From contig OZ024741.1 in the NCBI GenBank assembly GCA_964016885.1, positions 110,112,001 through 110,176,000 of the forward strand: 64,000 nucleotides of DNA, written 5' to 3'. This stretch comes from Eledone cirrhosa. Lineage: Eukaryota. The translations under genes and the position numbers were made by a program. The notes beneath the pieces were generated by a model. The model worked only from the letters and a program-made list of their open reading frames with translations, was not told where the DNA came from and ran no database searches. Shown here piece by piece: positions 27,664 to 44,392 of this stretch. Within the stretch, counting starts at the first letter, position 1, and the number at the start of each line of letters is the position of its first letter.

Positions 27664-27705
27664 TAATAAATACAAGGACCAAAATCCGAAGAGGGCTTGA
27701 TAAGG

Positions 27706-27770
<65 letters not shown>

Positions 27771-27779
27771 ATAGTGAAA

Positions 27780-27930
27780 TATTTATTATTAGTACAGATT
27801 AAAGTTTAAGCAAAGAATTTCTGTTTTCACTCTACACGGGATTTTCTGAGTTTCAGAAGATCCCGTATAGGGTGAAAGCAGAAATTCTTTGCTTAAACTT
27901 TAATCTGTAGTGCTAATAATTTATTATTAC
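27780..27930. mobile_element. Fold-back HHR element family D; HHR-like at 27848-27900 (+)
   Basis: gagttt CAGAAGA t ccc gtata ggg t GAA agca gaaattctt tgct T aaactt. Confidence 0.7.
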
Positions 27931-27952
27931 TATATATATATATATATATATA

Positions 27953-27990
27953 CTAGCAGAATGGCCCGGTGTTGCTCGGGCTTCTAAAGA
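27953..27990 (-). mobile_element. Helitron 3' terminus (hairpin + CTAG)
   Basis: a|ctagcagaatggcccggtgttgctcggg, homologous to the 42258 terminus. 5' end not located. Confidence 0.55.
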
Positions 27991-28439
27991 TAGATTGGCA
28001 TGTTTATCCCTCCTTTCTGAAACAGTACAGAGAATTACGAAATACCTCGGCCTGGGGATGGTGTCTACATTTTGTGCTTATAAAAAAAATTCGTCGTAGA
28101 TTACCAGGGGTTTAACTTAATTGGGTGCCTGAGAGTAAAATGTTCAACCCACGAAAGCCAAGACGATAAGGTTAAGTAAAAAGGCATTCGACAAACCGAA
28201 CATGTATTTGTTGTGCTATGGTACAATGAAAGTTACAGAGCAGTAAGTATGTGGGGTTGAGGAGAGAGGGGAAAAAGAAAAGTCGAAAGAAATTTAGAGA
28301 GAAATAAGAAGAGCGAAAGAGAATGAGGAAGAGCAAAACAGAAAGACTAGAGAGAGAGGGGGAGAAGGCGGAGGAGATAACGTTTTGAAAATTCAAATCT
28401 TTTGCAGATTCTCAGGCAACAAATTTCACTTTAGTTACG

Positions 28440-28864
28440 ATTGTGATGCTGATGGCTAAGATGACGACTACGACGATGGTGATGATGATGATGATGACGA
28501 TGATCAGGATCATGATGATGATGATAGTGACGATGATGATAATGACGATGATAATGATGATGGCGGTGGTGACGATGATGATAATGGTGATGATGATGAC
28601 GACGACGACGATGATGATGATGATGATGGCTTGGTGACGCTGATGATAGTGACCATGAGGATATTGATGGTGATGATGACGATGATGATGATGATGATGA
28701 TGATGATGACGACGACGATGATGATGACGGCGATCATGATAGTGATGATGATGATGAGGAGGAGGAGGAGGAAGATGGTGATAATGACGATGATGATAAT
28801 AAGCATGATCACGACGACGACGACGCTGACGATGATGATGATTGTGGTAATGATGATGATGGTA

Positions 28865-28900
<36 letters not shown>
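28440..28900. repeat. Degenerate (GAT/GAC)n tract
   Basis: Trinucleotide low-complexity sequence. Confidence 0.9.
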
Positions 28901-29267
28901 ATAAAGATGCTCAAATATGAAATGTCTATAAGGGCAACATATGTGTGTTAAAGTCAAAAGTCAGAAGTCAGGAGGAAACCTATTGATTACACAAATTACA
29001 CACACAACTACACACAACTACACACACTACTACACACAACACACACTACTACACACACTACACATTTCACACATATTACACACATGAAACAACACTAGTA
29101 ATGAACGTGTATTTGATGGTCATCGTTTTACCATTTGTCTTGTAATACGACCAGCTTCTCAACTACAACATGTGATGAATATATGTTCGCCTCACTCACT
29201 ATCTCTCTATCTCTGAATATATATATATATATAATTCTCTCTCTCTCTCTCTCCATATATATATATA

Positions 29268-29690
29268 TGTAGGAGGTGAGTTTTATTGTAGTACAATAAA
29301 GCAATGCAGATATCGGATAAGAAGCACTCTACAGTTTGTAGGACTGGAGTATACATAATATATAAGATCAAAAGATGGTTAAAAGAGTTCCATGTATTTT
29401 ATTATGCGCATTTCAAAAACAAATATCATCATGCAATAACATTTGTGTTTTCATCAGATAAAATAGGACATGATATGAAGGTTAAAAACACTTGTGGATA
29501 GTGCAGTTTTAAATCAACATATGTTGATTTAAAACTGCACTATCCACAAGTGTTTTTAACCTTCATATCATGTCTTCCTATTTTATCTGATGAAAACACA
29601 AATGTTATTGCATGATGATATTGGTTTTTGAAATGCGCATAATAAAATACATGGAACTCTTTTAACCATCTTTTGATCTTATATTATATG
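29268..29690. mobile_element. Fold-back family B element with an HHR on both arms (29397-29465 minus, 29580-29648 plus)
   Basis: Palindrome centred at aaatcaacat|atgttgattt (29520/29521). Confidence 0.85.
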
Positions 29691-29889
29691 TATATATATA
29701 TATATTGAAAGGATAACAAGGACGATTGGTTACTCCTTCATCACGTTTATTGGTAGGTGATGCGCGTTTCGCCACTGATCAGCTCAAGGTTCGATCTGTA
29801 TCGATCTTACCCGACTCAATAATCGGCAGCTCGACGGACCCTTTAAAATGGTATAAGAAAATGCAGTAACTCCAAGTTTCACTCCCTAG

Positions 29890-29932
<43 letters not shown>

Positions 29933-29945
29933 TATATATATACAT

Positions 29946-29976
<31 letters not shown>

Positions 29977-29979
29977 CAT

Positions 29980-30032
<53 letters not shown>

Positions 30033-30044
30033 CATATATATTAT

Positions 30045-30230
30045 TGGATTGGCAGTATCGGTAGAGAGTCGGACACCATGCTTTGAAGCATAGAGTTACG
30101 CCCCTTTATGATCTGAGTTCAAATCCCGCTGAGGTTAACTTTGCCTTTCATCCTTACGGGGTCGATAAAATAAAGTACCAGTAATGTACTGGGTAATTGC
30201 TGGCATTGTGCCTAAAATAGAAACAATTAT
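30045..30230 (+). mobile_element. SINE copy
   Basis: Matches the 4805 family. Confidence 0.85.
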
Positions 30231-30354
30231 ATATATATTATGACTTGAGAGCGGCTGACCGGGGTTGAAGCTGCTAAATGTTCAGCCACCCTCATATCTC
30301 TGCTTTTTCAGGCCCATGGATTTTGTCTATTATACTCCTTTGTTAAATTTCGAA

Positions 30355-30410
30355 TACCTGATGATGTCACCGGATTCATACTGAACCCGGTCACTGAAAT
30401 GATCATAATA
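30355..30410 (+). ncRNA. Hammerhead, separate family
   Basis: CTGATGA tgtc accgg attca tac tgaac ccggt cact GAA atgatcat A. Palindromic stem III, weak stem I. Confidence 0.6.
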
Positions 30411-30657
30411 TAATAAACCTTTTAAGGAATTACACCAGTCCAGCCTCCTGTTATTTTATAATAATTAACTCCGTACTCGCACCACCAACAACACAAACGA
30501 AGACGGGTGAGTTGCATTACGTCGAGTGCTCTCCCTAATATTACATCAAGGTTGACTATACGGAATGACCAGTTCTATCCAGTGGTGAACCAACAAACCT
30601 AAATATATACATATATATATACATATATATATATACATTTATATATATACATATATA

Positions 30658-30691
<34 letters not shown>

Positions 30692-30694
30692 TAT

Positions 30695-30782
<88 letters not shown>

Positions 30783-31897
30783 ATATATATGCCAATGTGG
30801 TTCTATGGCAAGTTAATAAATTAACGAGCCAGAACATATATAATCAAGGTTTAGCAAATAAGAAAATATATATATATATGTGCGTGTGTTTTTGTTGGCA
30901 GCATGACCCATCCAAAGTATAACAGTATCTGTTTCAACACACGTTTTCAGATAAAAAATCTTGCTATATATATATATATATATACAATATATTAATAAAT
31001 GGAAACTATATTTATAAAACCATAATTATTTTATTATATTTATTTCAAGGACAACCAAGGCATTCTTGGTGCACTTCATCAAATAAAATACAAGATTTTT
31101 TTTTTCATAAATATTGACATAACCGTGGAAATAAACAACCTTGACGACTGAAAGTTCACTCCGTTTTTGTGTTTGTTTTGCAAGTTTCTTATCTGGAAAC
31201 GTGTGTTGAAACAGATATTGTGATGCTTTGGGTGGGTCATGATACCAACAAAAACACACGCACCTGTTTGTTTTCACTTCAGTTTGTTATTATAATTTCC
31301 CAGTTAATTAGTTTAATAACCGGATGGTTATTTAGTTGTTGATCGCCAAAACTCATTCGTCACACATTCTGTGACCTCCTCGGTGACTACTTTAGTTTTT
31401 ATTTTGTTTCTCTCCTTTGTTCTATCATACACCACCTTGTTTCATGAGCTCTGTACTTGGGCTGCGCATGAGCCATATCCGAGTTTGAGTGTGTGTGTGA
31501 GTGTGTGTGTTTTTATTTATTTATTATTATTTTTTAATATATTTATTTGTTTATTTATACGTTTACTTACTTGTCACTTGTTGGTTACTTGTACTATCTG
31601 TGCGTGCCTGGTTTGTTTTATTAGTTCAGTTCTTGTGTGTCTTTGTATGTCTTTATCTTGTCCTTAGAGACTACGTTGTGGTGTTGTTGCTATTCCAATC
31701 ATGTTTTCTGTTTAGTTTTCATTGGAGTTCGCTTATGTTGTCGCTTCCGAAATCTGTCGGAGAAGCGACAATCATAACTATGAAAAACATCGATGGCATT
31801 AACAAAACCTTTAACATAAGTTTAACAGTGACGTTTTAAACAATGTAAACTGTGGAATCCAATCGGATATAATCTAAATATTTAACATGATAAAATA

Positions 31898-32187
31898 ATT
31901 GTTTCTACTTTTGGCACAAGGCCAGCAATTACCCCAATGCATTACTGGGACTTTATTTTATCGACCCCGTAAGGCAAAGCTAACATTGGCAGGATTTGAA
32001 CTCAGGGCATAAAGGACCACAACTCTATGCTGCAGAGCATGGTGTCTGACGCTCTACCGATTCTGCCAATCCACCAAAATAATTATTTCTACTTTTGGCA
32101 CAAGGCCAGCAATTACTGGTACTTCATTTTATCGACCCCATAAGGATGAAAGGCAAAGTTAACCTCAGTGGGATTTGAACTCAGAAT
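31898..32187 (-). mobile_element. Two adjacent SINE copies
   Basis: Reverse-complement matches to the 4805 family. Confidence 0.8.
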
Positions 32188-32327
32188 GGCGGCTGTGAAA
32201 ATTGAAATATGGACATTTGTAAAATGCGAAATTTCTGCAGGAATAGTTGGTATTTACTATTATTTTATTTTATATTATATTATATTATATTATATTATAT
32301 TATATTATATGCATATATACACACACG

Positions 32328-32500
<173 letters not shown>

Positions 32501-32969
32501 ATATATATATACAATAAATACAACAGAAGGCCGGACTGGAAAGTTACTTTAGAATTTTAATTCCGCGAAAACATTGGTAAACAATAATAATAAGATGAAT
32601 ATACACACACACATACATATGTATGCACATTCAGCCTAATTAAGGTTTGATGTAAAGATCTCATCGAAGCAAAGCGAAATTTATTTTTGTGGAAAGGTGG
32701 TGTTGGATTACAAGTCATTGGGTATTAAAAATTAGGGGAATAAATATATAAGGGTGAAAAGTGAAAACAAACAAGTCAAGCGTTAATATTTAATTAATCT
32801 ATTGTTTTACGATTGTTTAAGAGGGCAAACTTAATATTTAACGATGTGTAAACAAATCAATAGCAGTTATGCAACTCCATGCCATTAGGTTTGAAATAAC
32901 ATATCCAACCTTCTGTCTATCACCAGAAACAATCTTTATTTTCATTGATCAACATTATATATGTATATA

Positions 32970-33102
<133 letters not shown>

Positions 33103-33107
33103 TGTAT

Positions 33108-33500
33108 GAGATGACCCCTTAGCCTTTGTCAAGGCAGAATTCTAGGAGAAGGAAAACTCTGATATAACACCTGCAACCCTGATGGTATCCAATGTTGTTC
33201 TTTTTGGTAAATATTATCTTGGTTAAGAGAGTGGGACTGGCTTTGTGCAGTGCCTTTGTCACTATAAAAGCTTCACGGCACAGGCATTGCTTTATATCTG
33301 GAGATCTCTCTGCACTTGTCGTCACATGATACCATGGGCCCAGCACTATGTGTTAATAATTGTCACAAGTGTAGTGTTTGTACCAGAGTTTTCAAGTCGC
33401 TGGCTGGACTAAAAAGTCACACTCGTTCAGCGCATCGGTAGGAGTTCTCCTACATGGATATAAAGTAGTGGCCGTACTCGAAAACGAGTTGGCAGCCACC
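33108..33500. mobile_element. ~390-bp interspersed repeat (second copy 59361-59754), RTE 5'-UTR-like
   Basis: Two near-identical copies with the same ends, both abutting (TA)n. Contains ctaggagaaggaaaactctga. Confidence 0.65.
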
Positions 33501-33906
33501 ATATATATGTGTGTGTGTGTTTGTATGTCTGTTTCTGTGTGTGTGTGTATGTAGATATATATATATAGAAAGAGAGAGAGGGGGGGGGGGGAGATGCAAA
33601 TGGATCGTCGGCTCAAAGAGAATCTCTCTCTTACAAGTACACATGATTTCTGTTCACGTAACTAATTTATATACTTTATATTCACGTATCTGCTCTGTTT
33701 ACAATAGATATTTACACAGATAAGTAGTATTTAAGCACCATCCATATTATTACACTATCATTATCCTATCTCATATTCATATATATATATACATATATAT
33801 ATCTTCATATATATATATATATATATACACATATATATATTCATATATATATATACACATATATATATATTCATATATATATATATACACATATATATAT
33901 ATATAC

Positions 33907-33968
<62 letters not shown>

Positions 33969-33993
33969 TGGCTACATGACCCTCCCAAAGTAT

Positions 33994-34054
<61 letters not shown>

Positions 34055-34207
34055 ACGAAGGAAGTGTGGTAAGGAACCAGGTGGACCAAAACGCACCAGA
34101 GTTCTCAATACTTAGGATAGTAGAGTGGGTAATCTGGACTCCAGAAATAGCCGTCGAAACGGCGTGAGCCCTGCCGTCGGGGTCTTGAACATTTTCCTAT
34201 ATATATA

Positions 34208-34425
34208 TCTCGAGTAGCAAACGCGCCAGCCCGCAACAACGGTTGGCAACAAGCTTGGAGTGTCGGCGGGAAAGCGTAATTAAATTTGTGAACCAAGGTT
34301 CCAATATATATACATATATATATATATATTGGAACCTTGGTTCACAAATTTAATTACGCTTTCCCGCCGACACTCCAAGCTTGTTGCCAACCGTTGTTGC
34401 GGGCTGGCGCGTTTGCTACTCGAGA
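34208..34425. repeat. Perfect ~98-bp inverted repeat around a (TA)n core
   Basis: 34208-34305 is the reverse complement of 34327-34425. Confidence 0.9.
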
Positions 34426-34479
34426 CACTGTTCGTGAACTGAGGTTCCCCCGTGTATGTATATATATATATATATATAT

Positions 34480-35074
34480 ATAGGAAGTCCTCAACCAATT
34501 CCAGCGGCTTCCCGCCTACATTAGTGATCCCCTCTGGCTTCTCAACATTCTCTACCAGATATTTTGTTTTAGTCTCATTCATTCTCAGCCCCACACTCAT
34601 CGACACAGTCTCAACCTCCCGCATCAAATCCTCTGCCTCCTTCACTGTATTTGTCACCAAAACTATGTCGTCGGCAAATTCAGCATCCGATACCTTTTTC
34701 GCCCCAACTCTCCTGCTCTGAGCCGGTGCTACAGTAAAGCCAGTGTCCTGGTGTTTCTCCAGTGCAAGGCGCATACAATAGTCCACTACGATGATAAAAA
34801 GGTAGGGAGCCAATGTATCTCCCTGGAGCACTCCAGCCAGTATCTCAAAGAACTCTGTCATCCCATCAGGTGTAATGACTTGGGCTTTGGTGTTGGTGTA
34901 GAGCAGTGATATCAGGTCCACTATCCTCTTGGGGATTCCATAAGCCTGTAAGATCTTCATCAGGCAGTAACGGTCCACAGAATCAAAGGCCTTCCTAAAG
35001 TCAATGAAAACCATGACCGCAGGAAGGCACTTTGCTCTAGCTCCCTCTAATATGCTCCTCAGCATCAGGATTTG
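34480..35074 (-). mobile_element. RTE LINE, inverted 5' segment (RT domain)
   Basis: FIDFRKAFDSV, GVLQGDTLAPYLFIIVVD, EFADDIVL, GLRMNETKT, ELVEDFLY. Confidence 0.9.
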
Positions 35075-35645
35075 GGAGCAAATATTGGGAATACGGAAGA
35101 TGATGTGGTTGAGAGGAAGAGCAAGGCCTGGGCGGCGTGTCACAGCTTGAGATCGGTGTGGAAGTTGGACCTTCGTAGAGACCTGAAAATCCGCCTCTTC
35201 ATTGCTGTAGTGGAGTCTGTGCTGCTGTATGGGTCTGAGACTTGGACACTGACCAAGAGACTCACTCAGATGGTGGATGGGTGCTACACGAGAATGCTGA
35301 GGATGGCTCTGAACATTAATCAGTATACACTGAGAATGAAAAACTCAGAGCTGTATGGGAGCATCCCAAAAGTCAGCTCAAAAGTGACACAGAGGAGACT
35401 GAGGTTGGCTGGACATGCTCACCGACATCCAGAGTTGACATTGCACTCAGTGCTCCTTTGGGAGCCCCTACATGGACACACTAGAAGAGGAAGACCAAGG
35501 TTAACATATGTTGATGCCCTAAGGACAGACACTGGTCTGTTGGAGATGCAGGATATGGCAGCGATAATGAGGGACAGAGACCGCTGGAGGGAACTCGTCC
35601 ATGGATCTCGGGAATTTTACCCGCCTTAGATAGATAGATAGATAT
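35070..35645 (+). mobile_element. RTE LINE 3' segment with (TAGA)n tail
   Basis: LGANIG...VESVLLYGSETWTL...RRLRLAGH...RRGRPRLTYVD...DRDRWR; stop at 35629 followed by tagatagata. Confidence 0.9.
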
Positions 35646-35918
35646 ATATATATCCAGGGAGTGTAACGTGAAGTTACTGTAGGTTCACCCAGGTGAGCAC
35701 TCGATGTTTAGATTCACGTCTGTAGCGAGGTGTCGAGCTAAACAAAGTGTAAATATAATATTACAAGGACGATTTACGTGTATTGATTGGTGACGCGCGT
35801 TTCGCTATTTTTCAGCTCAAGGTTCGATCTGTATCGACCTGGCCCGACTCATTATATATATATATATATATATGCAATGATATTAAATAAATGGAAACTA
35901 AATTTATAAAACCATATT

Positions 35919-35982
35919 TATTTTATTATATATATTTCAAGGGTACCAACACAACATTGGTACGCTTTCATCAGATAAAATA
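35919..35982 (-). ncRNA. Type I hammerhead, family A (best-preserved copy)
   Basis: Minus strand: tattttat CTGATGA aag c gtaccaa tgttgtg ttggtac c ctt GAA atatatat A ataaaata (8-bp stem I). Confidence 0.85.
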
Positions 35983-36166
35983 CAAAGTTTGTTTTATAAA
36001 TAGAGACATACCCATGAAAATCATACCTTATTGGTTGGAAATTCACTATAGTGGAAATTCACTGGATAGTGGAAATATATTAAGGATTATTCAAACTTAT
36101 GTGTGAATATGCAAATGAATATGTAAATAATTGAAAAACAACCGTTTATTTAATTGACACTGTTAA

Positions 36167-36220
<54 letters not shown>

Positions 36221-36710
36221 GCACGTAAACACACACACTCAGAAACACACACATATCCCCTACATATACGTATATGTGTGTGTATGTGTGTGTAGGGAGG
36301 GGGGGCGTGTGTATCTGTGTGTATATGTATGTATATATATATATATACATATGCAATTTAACTATATATATACGTATATATATACAAAGATATACATACA
36401 CGGACACAAATATCTACATATCTATGTTCCTCTCTCTCTCGCCCTCCTCTCTCTCTCTCTCTCACTCTCTCTCTCTCTCTCTCACTCATTCTCTCTCTAC
36501 GCGTGAATCTAATAAAACTGTATTGTTGCATCCTGTCTGCCTTGTTTATGTTTTAATTATGGTCGTTTTATTGGTGGTGTCACACTTTCTTCACTTTTTG
36601 TTTACTATGAACGAAATTGTATTAAGTTTTCGCATCGTAGAGTGCTTTGTGAACGCCTTAAACAATTCGATTGGTATCTGCTTTATTTCAGCTACAACTT
36701 CGATTTATAC

Positions 36711-36816
<106 letters not shown>

Positions 36817-36985
36817 AATCTACCAAAATATACGGTAGTGTCCAATCCGTATGAAGAACTCAATGTAATCCAAATATCATGAAAAGAGAAGATGCATTCA
36901 AAAATTTTCGATGAAAATCATAGGAAAACAGAGTCAAGATATATATATATATATATATATATATTTGTACATACATACTAACATG

Positions 36986-37065
<80 letters not shown>

Positions 37066-37702
37066 CACCCACACACACATTCATCTTGGAGCTCTTCACA
37101 AGCCAACGAGAGATCTATGTAATCATTCGTTCTCCTAGAAATAGCAGCCAAATTCTCTTGGAAATTCACCCCACTGTTTTCATGTTTGTTTTTTTAAAAT
37201 AAAAACGTGTTGATCAGATTTTGGATCATCTTTGTTCATAGATCTTCAACTCCACCGAGGCTGACATTAGGCTAAACAACAATAACTTCACGCAATAAAA
37301 CAAACCAGTGAATGACTCTCAACATGAGTTTTCGTCATCCTTGAAATAGCAGCCACACTCCCTTGAAAATTGACCCCACTGTTTTCTAAAAAAAGAAAAA
37401 AAATATTGATGATAACATTTTATAACGTTTTTTATCATAGATACGCTACCCCATCATGGCTGACCAAGGTCTAAGCAACAATAACTCGATGCATTCACGC
37501 AGTAAAACAGCCAACTTCCTTGAAATACTTATAAATTATCCATCTTTACATTTAACTGCTTCCATATTTTGAAAGTTTCAGCTATGCAACAAACACCTGG
37601 AACGTTCTAGCAATAACCATCTTTATTTCTGCCAACCCAGAAATTCCAAATTCTCCATAGTTCTTAGTCAGCCGTCAATAACGTCTGGTTTTGGACAGAA
37701 GC

Positions 37703-37763
37703 AAGATGGCGGAAAATAGAACGTAGTACGTCAAACGGGTTAGATATAATGATGTTGACGTCA
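37703..37763. promoter_or_regulatory. Candidate YY1 (AAGATGGCGG) plus CRE (TGACGTCA) motifs
   Basis: Motifs at 37703-37712 and 37756-37763 in unique sequence. Confidence 0.25.
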
Positions 37764-37960
37764 CTTATAGAGGCGTGAAGTTCAGTTCTGTTTACAACGA
37801 TGATAGGGATTCGCTAACATTGACTAGCCTCTAACATTTTCACACACTAATTTTTAGGTAAGCATGGGGATTCATCTGTGACACACGCCTTCCCCAAATC
37901 CCTCGCTAAATCTGGTGAAGTGTTAGGTTGCCGTACATATTTGGGGGTTGGACTCAATAG

Positions 37961-38054
<94 letters not shown>

Positions 38055-38668
38055 ATGCGGATATGGGGATATGTATCTGCGTGTATTTGTGCTGCATGTG
38101 GAGACATCTGTAAGAGACTGGGTAAAACGTTGTGTGTATATCTGCGGTGCCGAGACCCGGGAGATCACAAATCAGGGTAGTAATCTATGGATGGGAAGAA
38201 GCAGAGTAGATATAAAGGAAGGTAAAAACCCGACAGCGACGCCTAGTGGTTTCGGCTTGTATTCGGCAAGCCATCTACACCCACTCTGTTTCATTCCATC
38301 CATAGAGTACTAGCCTGTCATATTCTTTGTTTCTGTATATGTGTTATTAGAGATGAAAACAGCTTACGACCAAATTATATCATAATACAAGACCAGCACT
38401 GATATAAAGAAAATTCAGCATGTTTGTAATGTGTGAACCGCTTTTCAATCACACATATACACCGAGGATTAGAGCTGTTTCGTTCGTCTGAAATCATTTA
38501 TATATTAAACTGATATGTACCTCGTCAACTACTGCATTGGGTACCTTATTAAAATGTGTATTTTTCTGTTCTTTTCCATATTCGCAGAAAAAAACACTTG
38601 ATGGTTGCTCAATCATATAAATCCTTAGTGGATTGTTTCTTTCTCTCTTTCTAACCTCATTCAACACC

Positions 38669-41705
<3,037 letters not shown>

Positions 41706-41767
41706 ACTATTCTAAGTGTTGTTATTGTTGGAGTTAGCTTAAAACCTTTCTAACCTCATTCAACACC

Positions 41768-41918
<151 letters not shown>

Positions 41919-42164
41919 GTTGAATGAGGTTAGAAAGGTTTTAAGCTAACTCCAACAATAACAACACTTAGAATGAGGAATGTTCTAATAACTGACCAAT
42001 GAGAGGAGAAGAGGCCCTTTGACACTGAAATTCGTTTGTTTGAATTCATATGATTCCAGTTCTTCAATGAAATAACAACCCAACCAGGAACTGGGCATAT
42101 CAGAGTATTGACAAAATTATACACCTCAACAACATATGTACTTGTCTATACCACACTAATTCAA

Positions 42165-42203
42165 GCTGCCTGAAGAGGCTGTCACTGAAATATATATAGC
42201 AGT
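42165..42203 (+). ncRNA. Minimal type I hammerhead, separate family
   Basis: gctgc CTGAAGA ggctgtcact GAA atatatat A gcagt. A degenerate relative lies at ~26880-26915. Confidence 0.65.
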
Positions 42204-42257
42204 AATAAACGAAGCTAAATTTTAAACATTTGACTTTTTATTTAACTTTATTTTACA

Positions 42258-43456
42258 CTAGCAGTAAAGCCCGGCGTTGCTCGGGGTCGCTCAGTAGCTG
42301 TGTTAAAGTTACAATGTTAAGTTTCTTTTTTGGCTTAAAAACTGTAGTGTCTACTGTGCAGACTTGCATGTGGTGTTTTTGATTAATATTCCCTCAACCA
42401 ACAATATGCCTTATGAAGTTAAGAAAACATAACGATAACCCGAATTAAAGTAAATTCAGCCTTATAAGACCGTAAAATTAATTTAAACGTTTAATAGGGA
42501 AAGTTTGCTAACCGTCGTAATAAAAAAATAAATATCAATAACTTACGAAGTAATGAACTCGCCGAACTTTTAAAGCGTTGTAGCATACAAAGGCAGTACA
42601 GTGCAAATGAAGCTATTAAACAAACTGGAGATTCCAATTCACTCTACTAAAGATTTACTTAATCGTCTGCACATTCGCTAATCGTCTGCTCATTCCATAA
42701 AAGGGAGATAATCGCCTATATCACCTCTCTGCATGACTATCTGTCTGCACGCCTATATCACCTCTCTGCATGACTGTCTGTCTGCACGCCTATATCACCT
42801 CCCTGCACGACTATCTGTCTGCACGCGTATATCACCTCTCTGCACGACTGTCTGTCTGCACGACTGTCTGTCTGCACGCCTAACGAAATTTACAGATACA
42901 TATATTTTAAATAAACTTATATAATTTTTGCTTTTTTTTACGAAATATTTGCTTGTTTTACGTAGTCTTTAAATAGACTTGTTTTCAAGTAAAAATATTG
43001 TTTTAAAAGGCTTTTAAATGGAAATGAAGCAAAACGGAAGCTTAGTGTTCGAACTGATGAATTTTGCAGGTCAAAATTTTGCTGGCTCGACAACTGTTCG
43101 TGTATTGTGTTAATGTCATTTTAAACGCTGAGAAAGCCAGCGTAATTTTTTTAATTTTTGCCAGCGTAATTTTTTTAATTTTTGCACGCAGAAAATGTAA
43201 ACAGAACGTAAGACGCTACGCTGAATGTAAACAGAACAAAGGGAAATAACTGATCACTTACGCTCAAAAATCGATACATTATATTCGATTTCGTCAGATA
43301 GGGCGGGTCAATTTGAAATATTTTTTTTCCGATGTCTTCGCTAGGGCTCAATGTACAAGTATAGCAATTTCGGTGCAATTCCGTGAGAGATTCTAAGAGG
43401 AGATGTGTGCCAAAAATCGATAGACAGATAGACAACCTCAGTTTTATATATATAGA
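42258..43456 (-). mobile_element. Non-autonomous Helitron with an internal ~37-bp minisatellite
   Basis: Minus strand: A|TCTATATATATAAAACTGAG ... cccgagcaacgccggg hairpin ... CTAG|T. Internal repeats at 42710-42880. Confidence 0.8.
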
Positions 43457-43457
43457 T

Positions 43458-43513
<56 letters not shown>

Positions 43514-43720
43514 CATGTATAGGGAAGGAGTCAGCACCCCGAAGGCTGAACTCTGGTAATTTCGACAGCTAGATCTCTTCGGATCTAGCTGTCGAAACGG
43601 CTGAAGCTCAGCCGTCGGGGTCCTGACTCTTGTCCTATTACCCACTCTACAACTCTAAGTATTGAGTACTCTGGTGCGTTATGGTCCACCTGGTATCTTA
43701 CCACACTTTCTTTATATGTA

Positions 43721-43771
<51 letters not shown>

Positions 43772-43862
43772 ATACGTTGGGAGAGTCATGGTGCAAATAA
43801 AAACATACGCCCCAGTTAAATTTTACTTCAATTTGCCATTATAATTTTTCGACGAATAGTAT

Positions 43863-44045
43863 AGTTGTTTCTACTTTTGGCACAAGGCCAGCAATTACCC
43901 AGTACATTACTGGTATTTTATTTTATTGACCCCGTAAGGATGAAAGGCAAAGTTAACCTCGGCGGGATTTGAACTCAGATCGTAAAGGGACGTAACTATG
44001 CTGGAAAGCATGGCGTCCGACACTCTACCGATACTGCCAATCCAT
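43863..44045 (-). mobile_element. SINE inserted in a family H element
   Basis: Full reverse copy interrupting the family H collinear sequence. Confidence 0.85.
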
Positions 44046-44354
44046 CCGGATGGTTGTTTAGTTGTTGATTGTTGTTAAAGTTCTTTCGTCACACATTCTG
44101 TGTCCTCTTCAATTACTACTTTTATTATTTTTTGCCTCCTCTTTATTCTGTTTCACACTATCTTGTCTTACTAAACAAAGCGAAGGAGTATTATAATAAA
44201 TAATTGAAGTGAAACTCATGTGGTGCGTGTGTGTTTTGTTGGCAGGATAAGTCCTCCCCCACGCCCTAACGTATAACAGCATCTGTTTTAACACACGTTT
44301 TCACATCCAAAATCTTGCAAAACAAATACAATAACTATATATATATATATGTGT

Positions 44355-44392
<38 letters not shown>

